34,399 nt of DNA from NCBI GenBank assembly GCA_028280085.1, contig JANQMK010000258.1:1-34399 (forward strand). Reading direction: 5' to 3'. This document shows positions 10,749-18,936 of this stretch, piece by piece (position 1 is the stretch's first letter; each line of letters starts with the position of its first letter). This stretch comes from Pseudomonadales bacterium (GTDB taxonomy: Bacteria; Pseudomonadota; Gammaproteobacteria; Pseudomonadales; JANQMK01). The notes under the pieces were generated by a model that was not told the origin of the DNA, searched no databases, and was given only the letters and a program-made list of their open reading frames with translations. Made by a program: the position numbers and the translations under genes.

Positions 10749-12161
10749 ATGGATAATGGTGATACCCTACTTGCTAAAGATATTGTTCTGCTTTTGCAAC
10801 GCATTGTGGGCAACAATAACGTTGTCGTCAGTAGTGAAGGGCGTCACCATTATGGCAAGGATTGGAGCACTCGCTATCAAGCCAAGGCTGCAGCGATTGT
10901 ATTTCCTACATCTACCGAACAAGTCAGGGATATAATATTACTTGCTAATCAGCATGGCATAGCACTTGTTCCCTCTGGTGGCCGAACGGGTTTGAGTGCT
11001 GGCGCTGTGGCTACATCAAATGAAGTGGTTGTTTCGTTAGAGAAAATGAATAACATTTTGAGTTTTGAACCTTTCGACCGTCAGCTTTGTTGTCAGACTG
11101 GGGTGATTACCGCAGAGATACAATTTGCCGCACAACAACAAGGATTGATGTATCCCGTCGATTTTGCTGCTTCGGGTTCAAGCCAAATCGGCGGTAATAT
11201 AGCGACCAATGCGGGTGGGATTAAGGTATTGCGCTATGGTATGACGCGAGATTGGGTCGCGGGTATGGCCGTGGTGACAGGCGGTGGTGATGTGCTACGG
11301 CTTGGTCGCGGTTTAATAAAAAATAATGCTGGTTATGATTTAAAGCAACTCTTTATAGGTTCAGAAGGTACCTTGGGTATTATCACTGAGGTTACTTTGT
11401 CACTAGCGGATGCAGCGCCAGATCTCGGCGTTATGGTGCTGGGTATTGAAGAGTTTTCTACCGTCATGCAAGTGTTTCAAATTTATCGAGATAGTTTAAC
11501 ATTGACGGCATTTGAGTATTTTTCTTGTGTAGCGCTAGAAAAGGTTATCTTTCATAAGCAGCTGGCGCGGCCATTTTCGCAACATGCTAATCATTATGTA
11601 CTAATTGAGTTTGAAAAAAACAATGAAGTAGCGGAGACGGCAGCACTAGAATGCTTTGAGACGTGTATGAAAAAAAGCTGGATTATCGATGGCGTGATTA
11701 GTCGCTCTCTCCAGCAGGCGAAAATGCTTTGGCGTTTGCGCGAAGATATTTCAGAAACCATTGCCAATTACACCCCCTATAAAAATGATATCGCTGTAAA
11801 GCCCTCCCAAATACCCAAGTTTGTTGTAGAGCTGGAACAGTTGGTAACTTCCCACTATCCAGATTTTGAAATTGCATGGTTTGGCCATATCGGTGATGGC
11901 AATATGCATTTGAATATATTGAAGCCTGATTCTTTAGATGAAAGGGGGTTTTATCAACATTGCGAGCGGGTAAATGATTGGGTATTTGATTTAGTGCGGT
12001 GTTATGGTGGTAGTATATCAGCAGAGCATGGCGTCGGTTTGTTGAAGAAGAGTTACTTGGCTCGTTATATAGAGCCAGCGGAACTAACTATTATGCAGCA
12101 TATCAAAAAATCACTAGACCCCAATGGTATTATGAATCCAGGTAAAATTTTTGATAGCTAA
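10749..12161 (+). CDS. FAD-linked oxidoreductase (GlcD/VAO family), probable D-2-hydroxyglutarate dehydrogenase
   Basis: PSGGRTGLSAGA, YPVDFAASGSSQIGGNIATNAGG, FIGSEGTLG, FGHIGDGNMHLN, SAEHGVG and MNPGKIF; resembles the Pseudomonas D2HGDH type. Confidence 0.8.
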   Translation: MDNGDTLLAKDIVLLLQRIVGNNNVVVSSEGRHHYGKDWSTRYQAKAAAIVFPTSTEQVRDIILLANQHGIALVPSGGRTGLSAGAVATSNEVVVSLEKMNNILSFEPFDRQLCCQTGVITAEIQFAAQQQGLMYPVDFAASGSSQIGGNIATNAGGIKVLRYGMTRDWVAGMAVVTGGGDVLRLGRGLIKNNAGYDLKQLFIGSEGTLGIITEVTLSLADAAPDLGVMVLGIEEFSTVMQVFQIYRDSLTLTAFEYFSCVALEKVIFHKQLARPFSQHANHYVLIEFEKNNEVAETAALECFETCMKKSWIIDGVISRSLQQAKMLWRLREDISETIANYTPYKNDIAVKPSQIPKFVVELEQLVTSHYPDFEIAWFGHIGDGNMHLNILKPDSLDERGFYQHCERVNDWVFDLVRCYGGSISAEHGVGLLKKSYLARYIEPAELTIMQHIKKSLDPNGIMNPGKIFDS

Positions 12162-12200
12162 TTAATAGCATCTGGTTTTGAATACAAAAGGAGATCTGAG

Positions 12201-12872
12201 GTGCTTGGTAGAAAAGTAAGCCATAATCTGCTCGACGCTTCGAGAGGGAGTTATGATGTCGGTAAAGTTGTTTGTGTGGGGCGAAACTATGTTGGTCACG
12301 CGCAAGAGCTAAACAACCCGGTTCCGGATACACCTATACTTTTTATCAAGCCTACTACTGCTGTAGTTGATATTAAGCATGACATTGTTTTGCCAAAAGA
12401 CAAAGGAATTTGCCATCATGAAGTTGAAATAGCTGTGTTAATTGGGCGAGAGATATCTTGCGTCGATGCCAGCGAGGCGAACGCTGCGATCGCTGGCTTA
12501 GGTGTTGCATTGGACTTAACGCTGCGGGACTTGCAGGATAGTCTAAAGGCAAAAGGACAGCCCTGGGAAGTTGCCAAGGCGTTTGATGGCTCTTGTCCGA
12601 TGTCGGATTTTGTTCTCTATGATAATACTATTGATTTGACGCAGTTGGAAATTAGGCTTGCAGTTAATGGCGTGGTTAAACAAGCTGGCAAGGCAATACA
12701 AATGCTATTCCCTATATTAGAGCTGATAAGTTACATATCAACTATTTTTACCTTGTTGCCTGGAGACGTCGTTTTGACCGGTACACCACAAGGGGTTGGT
12801 GCACTAAGGCAGGGAGATAACATTGAGGTAGAATTGGTGAACCAACTACGGTGTAAAACCAGAATAATATAG
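12201..12872 (+). CDS. Fumarylacetoacetate hydrolase family protein (YcgM/FAHD1-like)
   Basis: KVVCVGRNYVGH, HHEVE, DLTLRDLQ, WEVAKAFD and GDVVLTGTP motifs; GTG start behind AGGAG. Confidence 0.9.
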   Translation: MLGRKVSHNLLDASRGSYDVGKVVCVGRNYVGHAQELNNPVPDTPILFIKPTTAVVDIKHDIVLPKDKGICHHEVEIAVLIGREISCVDASEANAAIAGLGVALDLTLRDLQDSLKAKGQPWEVAKAFDGSCPMSDFVLYDNTIDLTQLEIRLAVNGVVKQAGKAIQMLFPILELISYISTIFTLLPGDVVLTGTPQGVGALRQGDNIEVELVNQLRCKTRII

Positions 12873-12971
12873 TCATCTCTGGCTGGTGTTGCTAACTTCT
12901 CTGTGATTTGTATTCCCTGCCTGTAACTCTTTGTCTTGCAATAGATAGAGTTACCATTACAAACCTATCGT

Positions 12972-13004
12972 TGGCGTTTTCACTAGTGAAATAACGCTAC
13001 TTTT
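12972..13004 (+). terminator. Possible terminator hairpin after the FAH gene
   Basis: TGGCGTT...AACGCTA stem around a TTTCACTAGTGAAA palindrome, followed by CTTTT. Confidence 0.4.
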
Positions 13005-13082
13005 ACTGTTATGGGGATGATTTTTTATATTTCAAGTCCTTAAAAAAATAAATATCCAGTCATATATTTTAGTTGTCAGGCA

Positions 13083-13110
13083 TTGAAAATTGCTCTCGCT
13101 GTCAACATAT
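13083..13110 (+). promoter_or_regulatory. Sigma32 (RpoH)-type promoter of ibpA
   Basis: TTGAAA (13083-13088), 14-nt spacer, CAACATAT (13103-13110); consensus is TTGAAA-N13/14-CCCCATNT; upstream of a small heat-shock gene. Confidence 0.6.
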
Positions 13111-13116
13111 ATAAAA

Positions 13117-13233
13117 CATGTCACTGTATACGCTTCACAGTAAGGTAACAGATCATGACACTAGCCCATATTGAATAATCCGATGGATTGTTTAGGGATT
13201 TTAATTATCGCTTAATGAAATGAGGATATGATG
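13117..13233 (+). promoter_or_regulatory. ROSE-like RNA thermometer in the ibpA 5' UTR
   Basis: AUCGCUUA (13207-13214) pairs with UGAGGAU (13221-13227, the SD) leaving a bulged G, matching the U(U/C)GCU ROSE hallmark. Upstream hairpins at about 13119-13160 and 13172-13194. Confidence 0.75.
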
Positions 13234-13686
13234 ATGAGAACTTTAGACTTTAGCCCCCTTTTCCGTTCTGCTGTTGGATTTGATCGAATGGCTGATTTGC
13301 TTGACAATGCCGCACGCGTGGAACAAAGTAAGCCGAGTTACCCACCTTACAATATTGAATTGCTGGGAGAAAATAATTACCGGATAACAATGGCTGTTGC
13401 AGGTTTTGCTGAATCTGATATTGATATTACCAGTGAGCAAGGTAAGTTAATAGTTGTTGGTCGTAAAGCAAAAGATGATGCTACCAAATTTTTACATAAA
13501 GGTATTGCTTCGAGAGAATTTGAGCGAAGTTTTCAGTTAGCTGACCACGTTAATGTGACCGATGCCAAACTCGAAAACGGATTGCTCCATATTGTGCTAG
13601 TGCGGGAAATCCCTGAAGCAATGAAACCGAAAAAAATTGCAATTAGTAATGGCAGTGCTAATACATCTGTTGCTGATGCTGCATAA
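13234..13686 (+). CDS. ibpA: Small heat shock protein (Hsp20, IbpA)
   Basis: MRTLDFSPLFRSAVGFDR, YPPYNIE, MAVAGF, FLHKGIA and LENGLLHI. The third of three ATGs gives the best SD spacing. Confidence 0.95.
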   Translation: MRTLDFSPLFRSAVGFDRMADLLDNAARVEQSKPSYPPYNIELLGENNYRITMAVAGFAESDIDITSEQGKLIVVGRKAKDDATKFLHKGIASREFERSFQLADHVNVTDAKLENGLLHIVLVREIPEAMKPKKIAISNGSANTSVADAA

Positions 13687-13750
13687 TATGTCTTTTTATG
13701 TAATCGGTCTGATGTAAATATGTAAATTCTGTAGATGATAGTAACTTAAG

Positions 13751-13782
13751 AAACCAAGAGGAAATTTTAGCCTCTTGGTTTT
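13751..13782 (+). terminator. Intrinsic terminator after ibpA
   Basis: Perfect 11-bp stem AAACCAAGAGG / CCTCTTGGTTT with a 9-nt loop. Confidence 0.8.
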
Positions 13783-14022
13783 ATCGCGCCTACCTAATAA
13801 TGCTGGTCTCGATTATTGTGCGCAACACAATATCCGCTCGCTCTATGCCCATAAGATGATATAAATAAATTGTCCTAAAATCCTAAGTTAAGACCACTAT
13901 GGTTTAAGTGGATGCCTTTCAGCGAAAAATAAAGAACTCGTTATAACTTTAGTTAGATTACTTGGTTAGGATATACCGAATTAACAGAGATATTGGCCAA
14001 TTAGTTAAAGAGGAAAACTGAA

Positions 14023-15090
14023 ATGCCTAAACGATTTTTAATGATATTAACCATTGTTTCAACACTCTTGCTGGCAGCTTGTGAGCAACCATGGCAGGAG
14101 GTAACGGTAGAAGTTCTTGGTTTAAATGGGGAGTTAACATATAAACATAGCTTTCGATCTAGTGGAACACACACCGCGACTGAAGATGGCATTTTTACCA
14201 TTCTTATCAATTATACGGACTCTTTTGTTAGACCCGATGAAACTATAGGTCTACCAGGACTTAGCCCTTTATCATTTTCTGGCTATATTGAAGTATTATC
14301 TCAACCTGATCAGCAGTCATGTTTGGGAAGCTACTTTAAGCCATCTGAAATATTTGCTTCTGAAGAGTTACCTGTTAATTTTAGTGTAGAGTCTGATTAC
14401 GGCGTATATTGTGTCGATGATATGATTCCTAATCTTGCTGTAACAGACAATAACTTAGCTGCGCTTATTCAGCTAATAGCAACACGAGAAAATTGGACAG
14501 CGGCTTCAGATGTTACCTATATACGCGGAACTTTATCTATTAAGTCTTTGGATGGGTTGGAAGAATTGCCCTCGCTGAGACGCCTTGATTTATTTTCACC
14601 GGGTCTTGAAGGCGCTGATATAAGTCGGTTAACGGAGTTAACAGAGTTAACGGATTTATCTATTTCATACCAAATCTTTCTTCAACCTGTAGACTTATCG
14701 AGAACTACAAAGTTGGAAAATCTTGTCCTGAGTTCTACCAACATAGATATTATTGATCTTTCCCATAATAGCAGGTTGGTCTCTTTGCAAATGGACGATA
14801 ACCAGCTGCCTAATATCGACATATCAAATAATACTTTACTGACCGAATTAAATCTTCGCGATAATAAGTTATCCACAATTGATGTTTCGCAGAATGTGAA
14901 CCTACAGAACATTAACTTATCTTTTAATAACCTAACGGACATCAGCTCTCTGCTAGCTCTGCCCAATGTGCAAATGGCCGATCTTGATGGCGATGAGATT
15001 AAGAACAGTCAGATTCCCTGTGCGCAGCTTGATGCGTTGGCGGCAAGAATTGGTAGTGGTTTGATACGTCCGCCGTTTTGTATCGAGTAG
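14023..15090 (+). CDS. Leucine-rich-repeat lipoprotein, paralog 1 (internalin-like, 21-aa repeats)
   Basis: Signal peptide with lipobox LAAC; N-terminal beta-rich domain with SQPDQQSC; internalin-like cap (DNNL...IKSLDGLEELPSL); about 6-7 repeats of LxxLxLxxNxLxxIDLSxN; cysteine-containing C-cap. Confidence 0.85.
   Translation: MPKRFLMILTIVSTLLLAACEQPWQEVTVEVLGLNGELTYKHSFRSSGTHTATEDGIFTILINYTDSFVRPDETIGLPGLSPLSFSGYIEVLSQPDQQSCLGSYFKPSEIFASEELPVNFSVESDYGVYCVDDMIPNLAVTDNNLAALIQLIATRENWTAASDVTYIRGTLSIKSLDGLEELPSLRRLDLFSPGLEGADISRLTELTELTDLSISYQIFLQPVDLSRTTKLENLVLSSTNIDIIDLSHNSRLVSLQMDDNQLPNIDISNNTLLTELNLRDNKLSTIDVSQNVNLQNINLSFNNLTDISSLLALPNVQMADLDGDEIKNSQIPCAQLDALAARIGSGLIRPPFCIE
14628..14654 (+). 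repeat. In-frame 9-bp tandem repeat, 3 copies of GTTAACRGA (LTE x3-like)
   Basis: GTTAACGGA GTTAACAGA GTTAACGGA; paralog 2 has only two related copies (15775-15792). Confidence 0.8.
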
Positions 15091-15166
15091 CTTTTTATGG
15101 GTTGCTCGGTTAGGGTGTGCTGAGTTAACGACGATATTGGCTAGCTATTCAGTGAGGAGAGCTGAC

Positions 15167-16291
15167 ATGCTAAAACAATTTTTAGTAGTATTAACCGTTG
15201 TTTCAATAGTTTTGCTATCAGCTTGTGAGCAATCAATACAGAAGATGACCGTAAAAGTTTTCGGTTTAAATGGACAGCTAATATTTAAACATAGCGACCC
15301 GGTTAATAGTAGAACATACACGGTTACCGAAGATGGCTATGTTCCTATTAATGTCGACACTTCTTTTTTTAGACCTGGTGTAAACGTAGTTTTATCAGGA
15401 CTTAGTCCCGCCTCATTTTTCGGTCATATTGAAGTATTGTCTCAACCCGACCAACAAGCATGTTTGGGTAGCTATATAAGTGTTATAGAACAGCTTGGCT
15501 GGGTGCCGGTGCCACCTGGTAGTATTGGTGGTGGTGAGTCTGACTTCCAGGTGTATTGCGTTGATAATATGATTCTTGATCTTGCTATTGAGGACAATAA
15601 TTTAGCGGCTTTGATTCAGCTAATAGCTATACGAGAAGGCTGGACGGAGGTTGCCGATATTACTTTTATACGCGGTGGTGTGCGGATTAAGTCATTGGCT
15701 GGATTAGAAGAATTGCCCTCGCTGAGAAGCCTTGATTTATTTTCACCTGGCCTTCAAGGTACTGATGTAAGTCGGCTAACAGAGTTAACGGGTTTATCTA
15801 TTTGGTATCAATTTTTTATTAAAGGTTTAGACTTGTCGAAAAATTCACAATTAGAAAATCTAGATCTGATCTCTACAAACCTAGAGGCTCTTGATCTTTC
15901 CCATAACAGGAAGTTAATCTCTTTGCGGATTGATGATAGCCGACTATCCAATATCGACGTGTCTAATAATACTTTATTGACAGAATTGCTTATTACTAAA
16001 AGCCAATTATCGACCATTGATCTTTCCCATAATACACTGTTGACTGAGTTAGATATTAGCTATAACCGCTTATCCACAATTGATGTTTCGCAAAATGTGA
16101 ACCTGCAGAACATTGACTTATCTTTTAATAATCTAACCGACATAAGCTCTCTGCTAGCTCTGCCAAATGTGCAAACGGTTGATCTCGATGGCGATGAATC
16201 GAAGAACAGCCAGATTCCCTGTACGCAGCTTGATGCGTTGGCAGCAAAAATCGGTGATGGCTTAATACGTCCGCCGCTTTGCGTAGAATAA
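15167..16291 (+). CDS. Leucine-rich-repeat lipoprotein, paralog 2 (one extra LRR)
   Basis: Start at ATG 15167 behind GAGGAG (MLKQFLVVLTVVSIVLLSAC, lipobox LSAC); collinear with paralog 1 over its whole length, with a near-identical C-terminus. Confidence 0.85.
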   Translation: MLKQFLVVLTVVSIVLLSACEQSIQKMTVKVFGLNGQLIFKHSDPVNSRTYTVTEDGYVPINVDTSFFRPGVNVVLSGLSPASFFGHIEVLSQPDQQACLGSYISVIEQLGWVPVPPGSIGGGESDFQVYCVDNMILDLAIEDNNLAALIQLIAIREGWTEVADITFIRGGVRIKSLAGLEELPSLRSLDLFSPGLQGTDVSRLTELTGLSIWYQFFIKGLDLSKNSQLENLDLISTNLEALDLSHNRKLISLRIDDSRLSNIDVSNNTLLTELLITKSQLSTIDLSHNTLLTELDISYNRLSTIDVSQNVNLQNIDLSFNNLTDISSLLALPNVQTVDLDGDESKNSQIPCTQLDALAAKIGDGLIRPPLCVE

Positions 16292-16350
16292 TTTACGCAG
16301 GCGTTAACTGAAGTAATGAATCATTTGGCAGATAGTAGAACGGCATTGCC

Positions 16351-17025
16351 TTATTTAGCGGTCATTGTCTTGACGCCGCTCGGTGTACCCAGCATTAGGC
16401 GATCGGCCGGTTTGGCTGCGAAGAGGCCATTGCAAACTACGCCAACAATCTGATTAATTTGATTTTCTGTCGTGATAGGGTCGTCAATTTGAAAATTAAA
16501 TATATCAAGGATAATATTACCGTTATCGGTCACCACGCCTTCTCGATAAACCGGGTCGCCACCTAACTTAACCAACTGGCGAGCTACATGGCTTCTAGCC
16601 ATCGGGATAACTTCAACAGGTAGTGGGAATTCACCCAAGATCTCAACGAGCTTGCTGTCGTCAGCAATGCAGACAAATTCGTTAGCGACGGCGGTAATGA
16701 TCTTCTCTCGCGTTAGTGCAGCGCCACCGCCTTTAATCAGGTGTAATTGATGGTTCGATTGATCGGCGCCGTCAACGTAGATGGTAACTTCATCGACAGT
16801 GTTGAGGTCATAAACGGGAATACCATGGCTTTTTAGTCGTTCTGCGCTTGCAGTTGAGCTGGCCACAGTGCCGTAGACCTGACCTTTTATACCGGCGAGG
16901 GCATCAATAAAACAATTGGTGGTAGAGCCTGTGCCTATTCCTATGATGCTTTTTTCGTCAATTTTGGCTTTAACATAGTCTAGCGCTGCGTCGGCAACGG
17001 CCTGTTTTAATGCTTGTTGATTCAT
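16351..17025 (-). CDS. rpiA: Ribose-5-phosphate isomerase A
   Basis: [25 protein letters not shown] and LPVEVIP motifs. Confidence 0.99.
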   Translation of the reverse strand: MNQQALKQAVADAALDYVKAKIDEKSIIGIGTGSTTNCFIDALAGIKGQVYGTVASSTASAERLKSHGIPVYDLNTVDEVTIYVDGADQSNHQLHLIKGGGAALTREKIITAVANEFVCIADDSKLVEILGEFPLPVEVIPMARSHVARQLVKLGGDPVYREGVVTDNGNIILDIFNFQIDDPITTENQINQIVGVVCNGLFAAKPADRLMLGTPSGVKTMTAK

Positions 17026-17216
17026 AAATTTACCAATTCTGTCGTGGTCTACCGCTGCGGACGCATCGATTAATTATTTAGGGCTTTTCTAGCGTTTTAG
17101 ACTCATCTGATCAGGCGTTTATTTATCCGTGAGTAAATTTTAGCTTTTACTAGGGACTGAGTGTTGTTATCTTACGCTCCTCAACTGAGTGATGTCCAAC
17201 AAGATTTAGATAATTT

Positions 17217-18731
17217 ATGATCAATACTACCATAAAAAAAATACTAGCGGCCCAGATCTATGATTTAGTGGTTGAAACACCCTTGGATACAGCGCCGATT
17301 TTGTCACACCGTTTGAACAATTCTATCTTGATTAAGCGCGAAGACTTGCAACCGGTATTTTCATTTAAACTACGTGGTGCTTACGCCAAAATGTTGCAAC
17401 TCACTGAGAGTGAAAAGAGTAAAGGCGTTATTGCTGCCTCTGCCGGCAATCATGCCCAGGGGGTTGCCTATGTTGCGCAAAAGATGGGGATTAAGGCTAC
17501 GATTGTTATGCCGGGCATTACTCAAGGTATTAAAGTTGATGCCGTAAAGTATTATGGTGCTGAAGTGCTACTACATGGCGACAATTTTGATGCTGCCGCC
17601 GAATACGCCCAACAGCTCGTTAAAGAGCAAGGATTGGTTTTTGTTCATCCTTATGACGATATTGATGTTATTGCTGGGCAGGGGACTGTGGGCCTAGAAA
17701 TTCTGCGTCAGGCGACTGGTTCTATCGATGCCATCTTTGTACCGGTTGGCGGTGGAGGTCTTATTGCCGGCGTTTCTGCTTACACCAAGTATTTGCGGCC
17801 AGAAATAAAAATTATTGGGGTTGAACCTGATGATGCCGCCTGCTGTTACGCCGCGTTGCAGGCTGGACAACCTGTTAAACTAGAAGATGTAGGGATCTTT
17901 GTCGATGGAGCTGCAGTAGCACTGCTGGGCAAAATGCCTTTCGAAATTATTAAAACTTCCGTCGACGATATTGTCCGGGTGTCGAGTGATGAAATATGTG
18001 CTGCCATAAAGGATATCTTCGATGATACCCGTTCTATCGCAGAGCCCGCTGGCGCTTTGGCATTAGCAGGGCTGAAAAAATATGTGGAAGAAAACGCAAT
18101 AGTAGATAATACGTTGGTGGCAATCGACAGTGGGGCAAACACGAACTTTGATCGGCTGCGCTATATTTCAGAGCGCGCTGAGCTCGGTGAAAAAAGAGAG
18201 ATTATATTGGCGGTCACGATTCCAGAGCAGGCGGGCAGCTTTAAAACTTTTTGTAAAGTGTTAGGGCGCAAGAGTATCACAGAGTTTAATTATCGTTATG
18301 ATGACGCAGACAAGGCGCAAATATTTGTTGGTATTAAAATTAGCTTTGGCAACGATGAAGTGGTTGAACTGATCGATTCGCTGCGTAATCAAGGCTATGC
18401 GGTTGAGGATATGACTGATAATGAGATGGCGAAACTGCATATCCGCTATATGGTAGGTGGACGGGCGCCAGCAGTCGATAATGAAATTGTCTATCGATTT
18501 GAATTCCCTGAGCACCCCGGTGCATTGCTTAATTTTTTGAATAAACTCGGCCAGCGCTGGAGTATATCGATGTTTCACTATCGTAATCACGGCGCTGCTT
18601 TTGGCCGCGTATTGGTTGGCCTTGAATTAGGTAAAGATAAGCGTTGTGATGTCGAAAAGTTTATGTCTAGCTTAAACTATCGATTTTGGGAAGAAACTGA
18701 AAATAGTGCTTACCAACTATTTTTAAGTTAA
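17217..18731 (+). CDS. ilvA: Threonine ammonia-lyase, biosynthetic
   Basis: KREDLQPVFSFKLRGA, ASAGNHAQG and PVGGGGL, plus a C-terminal ACT-like regulatory region (ITEFNYRY, FHYRNHGA). Confidence 0.98.
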   Translation: MINTTIKKILAAQIYDLVVETPLDTAPILSHRLNNSILIKREDLQPVFSFKLRGAYAKMLQLTESEKSKGVIAASAGNHAQGVAYVAQKMGIKATIVMPGITQGIKVDAVKYYGAEVLLHGDNFDAAAEYAQQLVKEQGLVFVHPYDDIDVIAGQGTVGLEILRQATGSIDAIFVPVGGGGLIAGVSAYTKYLRPEIKIIGVEPDDAACCYAALQAGQPVKLEDVGIFVDGAAVALLGKMPFEIIKTSVDDIVRVSSDEICAAIKDIFDDTRSIAEPAGALALAGLKKYVEENAIVDNTLVAIDSGANTNFDRLRYISERAELGEKREIILAVTIPEQAGSFKTFCKVLGRKSITEFNYRYDDADKAQIFVGIKISFGNDEVVELIDSLRNQGYAVEDMTDNEMAKLHIRYMVGGRAPAVDNEIVYRFEFPEHPGALLNFLNKLGQRWSISMFHYRNHGAAFGRVLVGLELGKDKRCDVEKFMSSLNYRFWEETENSAYQLFLS

Positions 18732-18773
18732 GGAGCCTCTGAAGTATCTCCTCATTATTCAGAGATGCCTTAA
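18728..18773. mobile_element. 38-bp miniature inverted-repeat element resembling two joined IS5-type ends, flanked by TTAA
   Basis: TTAA-GGAGCCTCTGAAGTA-TCTCCTCA-TTATTCAGAGATGCC-TTAA; the 15-bp imperfect inverted repeats match at 10/15 positions and share a CTCTGAA core. Confidence 0.5.
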
Positions 18774-18936
18774 TGCGATAGGCCTTTTTTGGATCTGCTT
18801 TTCCCGCACGCTTAGGGCGTATGGCAGTTAGTTTTGGTGGCAGAAGTTAGCGCAATACTGGTACTACGGCCATATTTGCTGCACTCGTCGACAAGTGTTT
18901 ATTCGTTCTAATTATAAAACTACTGTTGACAGTGTC

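Noticed and set aside
13947-16291. Diversity-generating retroelement explanation for the LRR pair (16 of 25 leader mismatches fall on adenines of copy 1)
   Set aside because: No reverse transcriptase is in the window, 9 leader mismatches are at non-A bases, and coding-region differences involve all four bases in both directions.
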